Positions 62,678-64,000 of a stretch of 64,000 bases of DNA are shown here, piece by piece. Source of the stretch: Curvularia clavata (lineage: Eukaryota); assembly GCA_023920165.1 (NCBI GenBank), contig CP089278.1, forward strand, positions 2,604,001 to 2,668,000, given 5' to 3'. The translations under genes were made by a program, and so were the position numbers. The stretch's first letter is position 1. Every line of letters begins with the position of its first letter. The notes below the pieces were generated by a model. It saw nothing but the letters and a program-made list of their open reading frames with translations, ran no database searches and was not told where the DNA came from.

Positions 62678-64000
62678 ATGAACAAGATTAAGAGCGTCCT
62701 GTGCGTACCAAACGCTTCAAACTCCCACCAATATGGCTAATTAAGCTCAAAGTCACGGCCACAAAAAGGACCAGGATGCTGCCCACGACCCCCACGACCC
62801 TCCCAGGGCGTCTGTACTCCCCGTCCTTCTTCGCCAAATGCCGCTAACACGAAGCACAGTCAGCAAGGCAAGCATGCACCTCCTGGTCAGCCAATGTACA
62901 ACATCAAAACCACGAGTGGTGCGCCGTACACAGAGCTAGCCCACTCTAATACTTCAGCACGTCCGCGCGGCCACGAGTCCCACGGACAACCAGAGTATAT
63001 CGGGACAGATGGTACTACCGGCACTGATGCCGCACAACCCTCAGCTCCTGCCAGCGTACCCCCTACAGAATCCCTTCGTCCCGATTCCCAATCTCATGGC
63101 AACACTCAAGAGGCTAGTATTGCCAGCATCAAGAGCGGCGTGATTGGTTTTGGCCCAGCTGAGTCGCAGGGTCATGCTGCCATGTCAACCCATAACCCCT
63201 CCGCCAGCTACATGGCTGGCGACCAAGTAGTCGGAGGCGGAAATCCTGGCACTGCTGGAATGACTGAAACCAGAGGCATGCAGACAGGCCCGGGTGCTCA
63301 CACAGATTCTCGTACGTAGATGCTTGCTTTGCTTGAATACACAAGTTCCATCTGCAAGTTCTGACCAAACATTTCAGAGACGAATGCAGTTGGTACACAG
63401 CCAGTTGTTACTGGTCCTTCCAACTATGCAAGCGAACCACAGCCTTATGAGAGCATTCTGCGCCAGGAAAGCTACACAGCCGACACTGACCGATCATTCC
63501 CGCTCGCTGGCGGTGTAACATCTAACCCTCACGAACATCCAAGCCATACAAGTCATGCGCGTGATGGCCTTGCTGGCGCAGCCGTCGCCGCCACTGCCAT
63601 TGGTGCTTCTCACACCACATCGAAGTCCGAGGAGAAGGACATCCGTGACCAAGGCGCCGAAACCCGTCAAGCCACATATGGTGACTCTCCATCAACTACT
63701 GTCCCGGAAACTACTGTGAGTATACTGGGAATGCACCGGTTCAGATCGGTGTGCATCATTCGTGACCAAGAAAAAACTAACAATCATGTAGTCTCAAGCG
63801 GTCACCAATGCTGTAAGCCAACCAGAAACTGAACATCATTCTACAATGCTTCCTGCTGCTGCTACTCTCGCCTCTAATGCTTCCTCTTCTCCATCAACCA
63901 CTCAAGAAAAGAAAGTTGAGACTGATAGCACCGGAACAATGCTTCCCACAACTGAGCCAATCAGCAGTTGTGAACGTCCAATCAATCCACGTCTTGAGTC
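62678..64000 (+). CDS. 5' part of a multi-exon hydrophilic Gly/His/Thr-rich protein (stress/cell-surface type), runs off the window
   Basis: ATG 62678 MNKIKSVL, several short GT-AG introns, exons with 'EASIASIKSGVIG', 'TDRSFPLAGGV', 'HARDGLAGAAVAATA'. Exon boundaries only partly resolved. Confidence 0.7.

Overview
Gene-dense, intron-containing fungal euchromatin. It is a filamentous ascomycete with GT/GC-AG introns and CTRAC branch points; a Dothideomycete/Pleosporales origin is my inference from gene style only. About 26 protein-coding genes can be assembled by hand. Housekeeping: delta-COP, pyrG, PIS1, DRS1, PAP1. Iron uptake: a divergent FET3/FTR1 pair with five ATCWGATAA (SreA-type) boxes. 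CAZymes: GH125 and an AA9 LPMO. Others: a Zn2Cys6 factor, a 7TM-RGS receptor (GprK type), several oxidoreductases, a MATE transporter and a DOMON/cytochrome b561 protein. Accessory DNA includes (1) an intact 1,996-bp pogo/Fot1-type DNA transposon (TA target duplication, perfect 107-bp TIRs, each built from three abutting hairpins plus two direct repeats), (2) a decayed MFS transporter pseudogene, (3) a dispersed ~100-bp repeat family that forms a MITE-like palindrome and also brackets a small AT-hook-like gene in inverted orientation, and (4) a (CA)30 microsatellite. Best candidates for undescribed biology: the structured TIRs, the repeat-bracketed nuclear-protein gene, and a 2H phosphoesterase gene head-to-head with poly(A) polymerase. 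All family assignments come from recognising motifs by eye; no database search was run. No rRNA, tRNA or CRISPR array was found.
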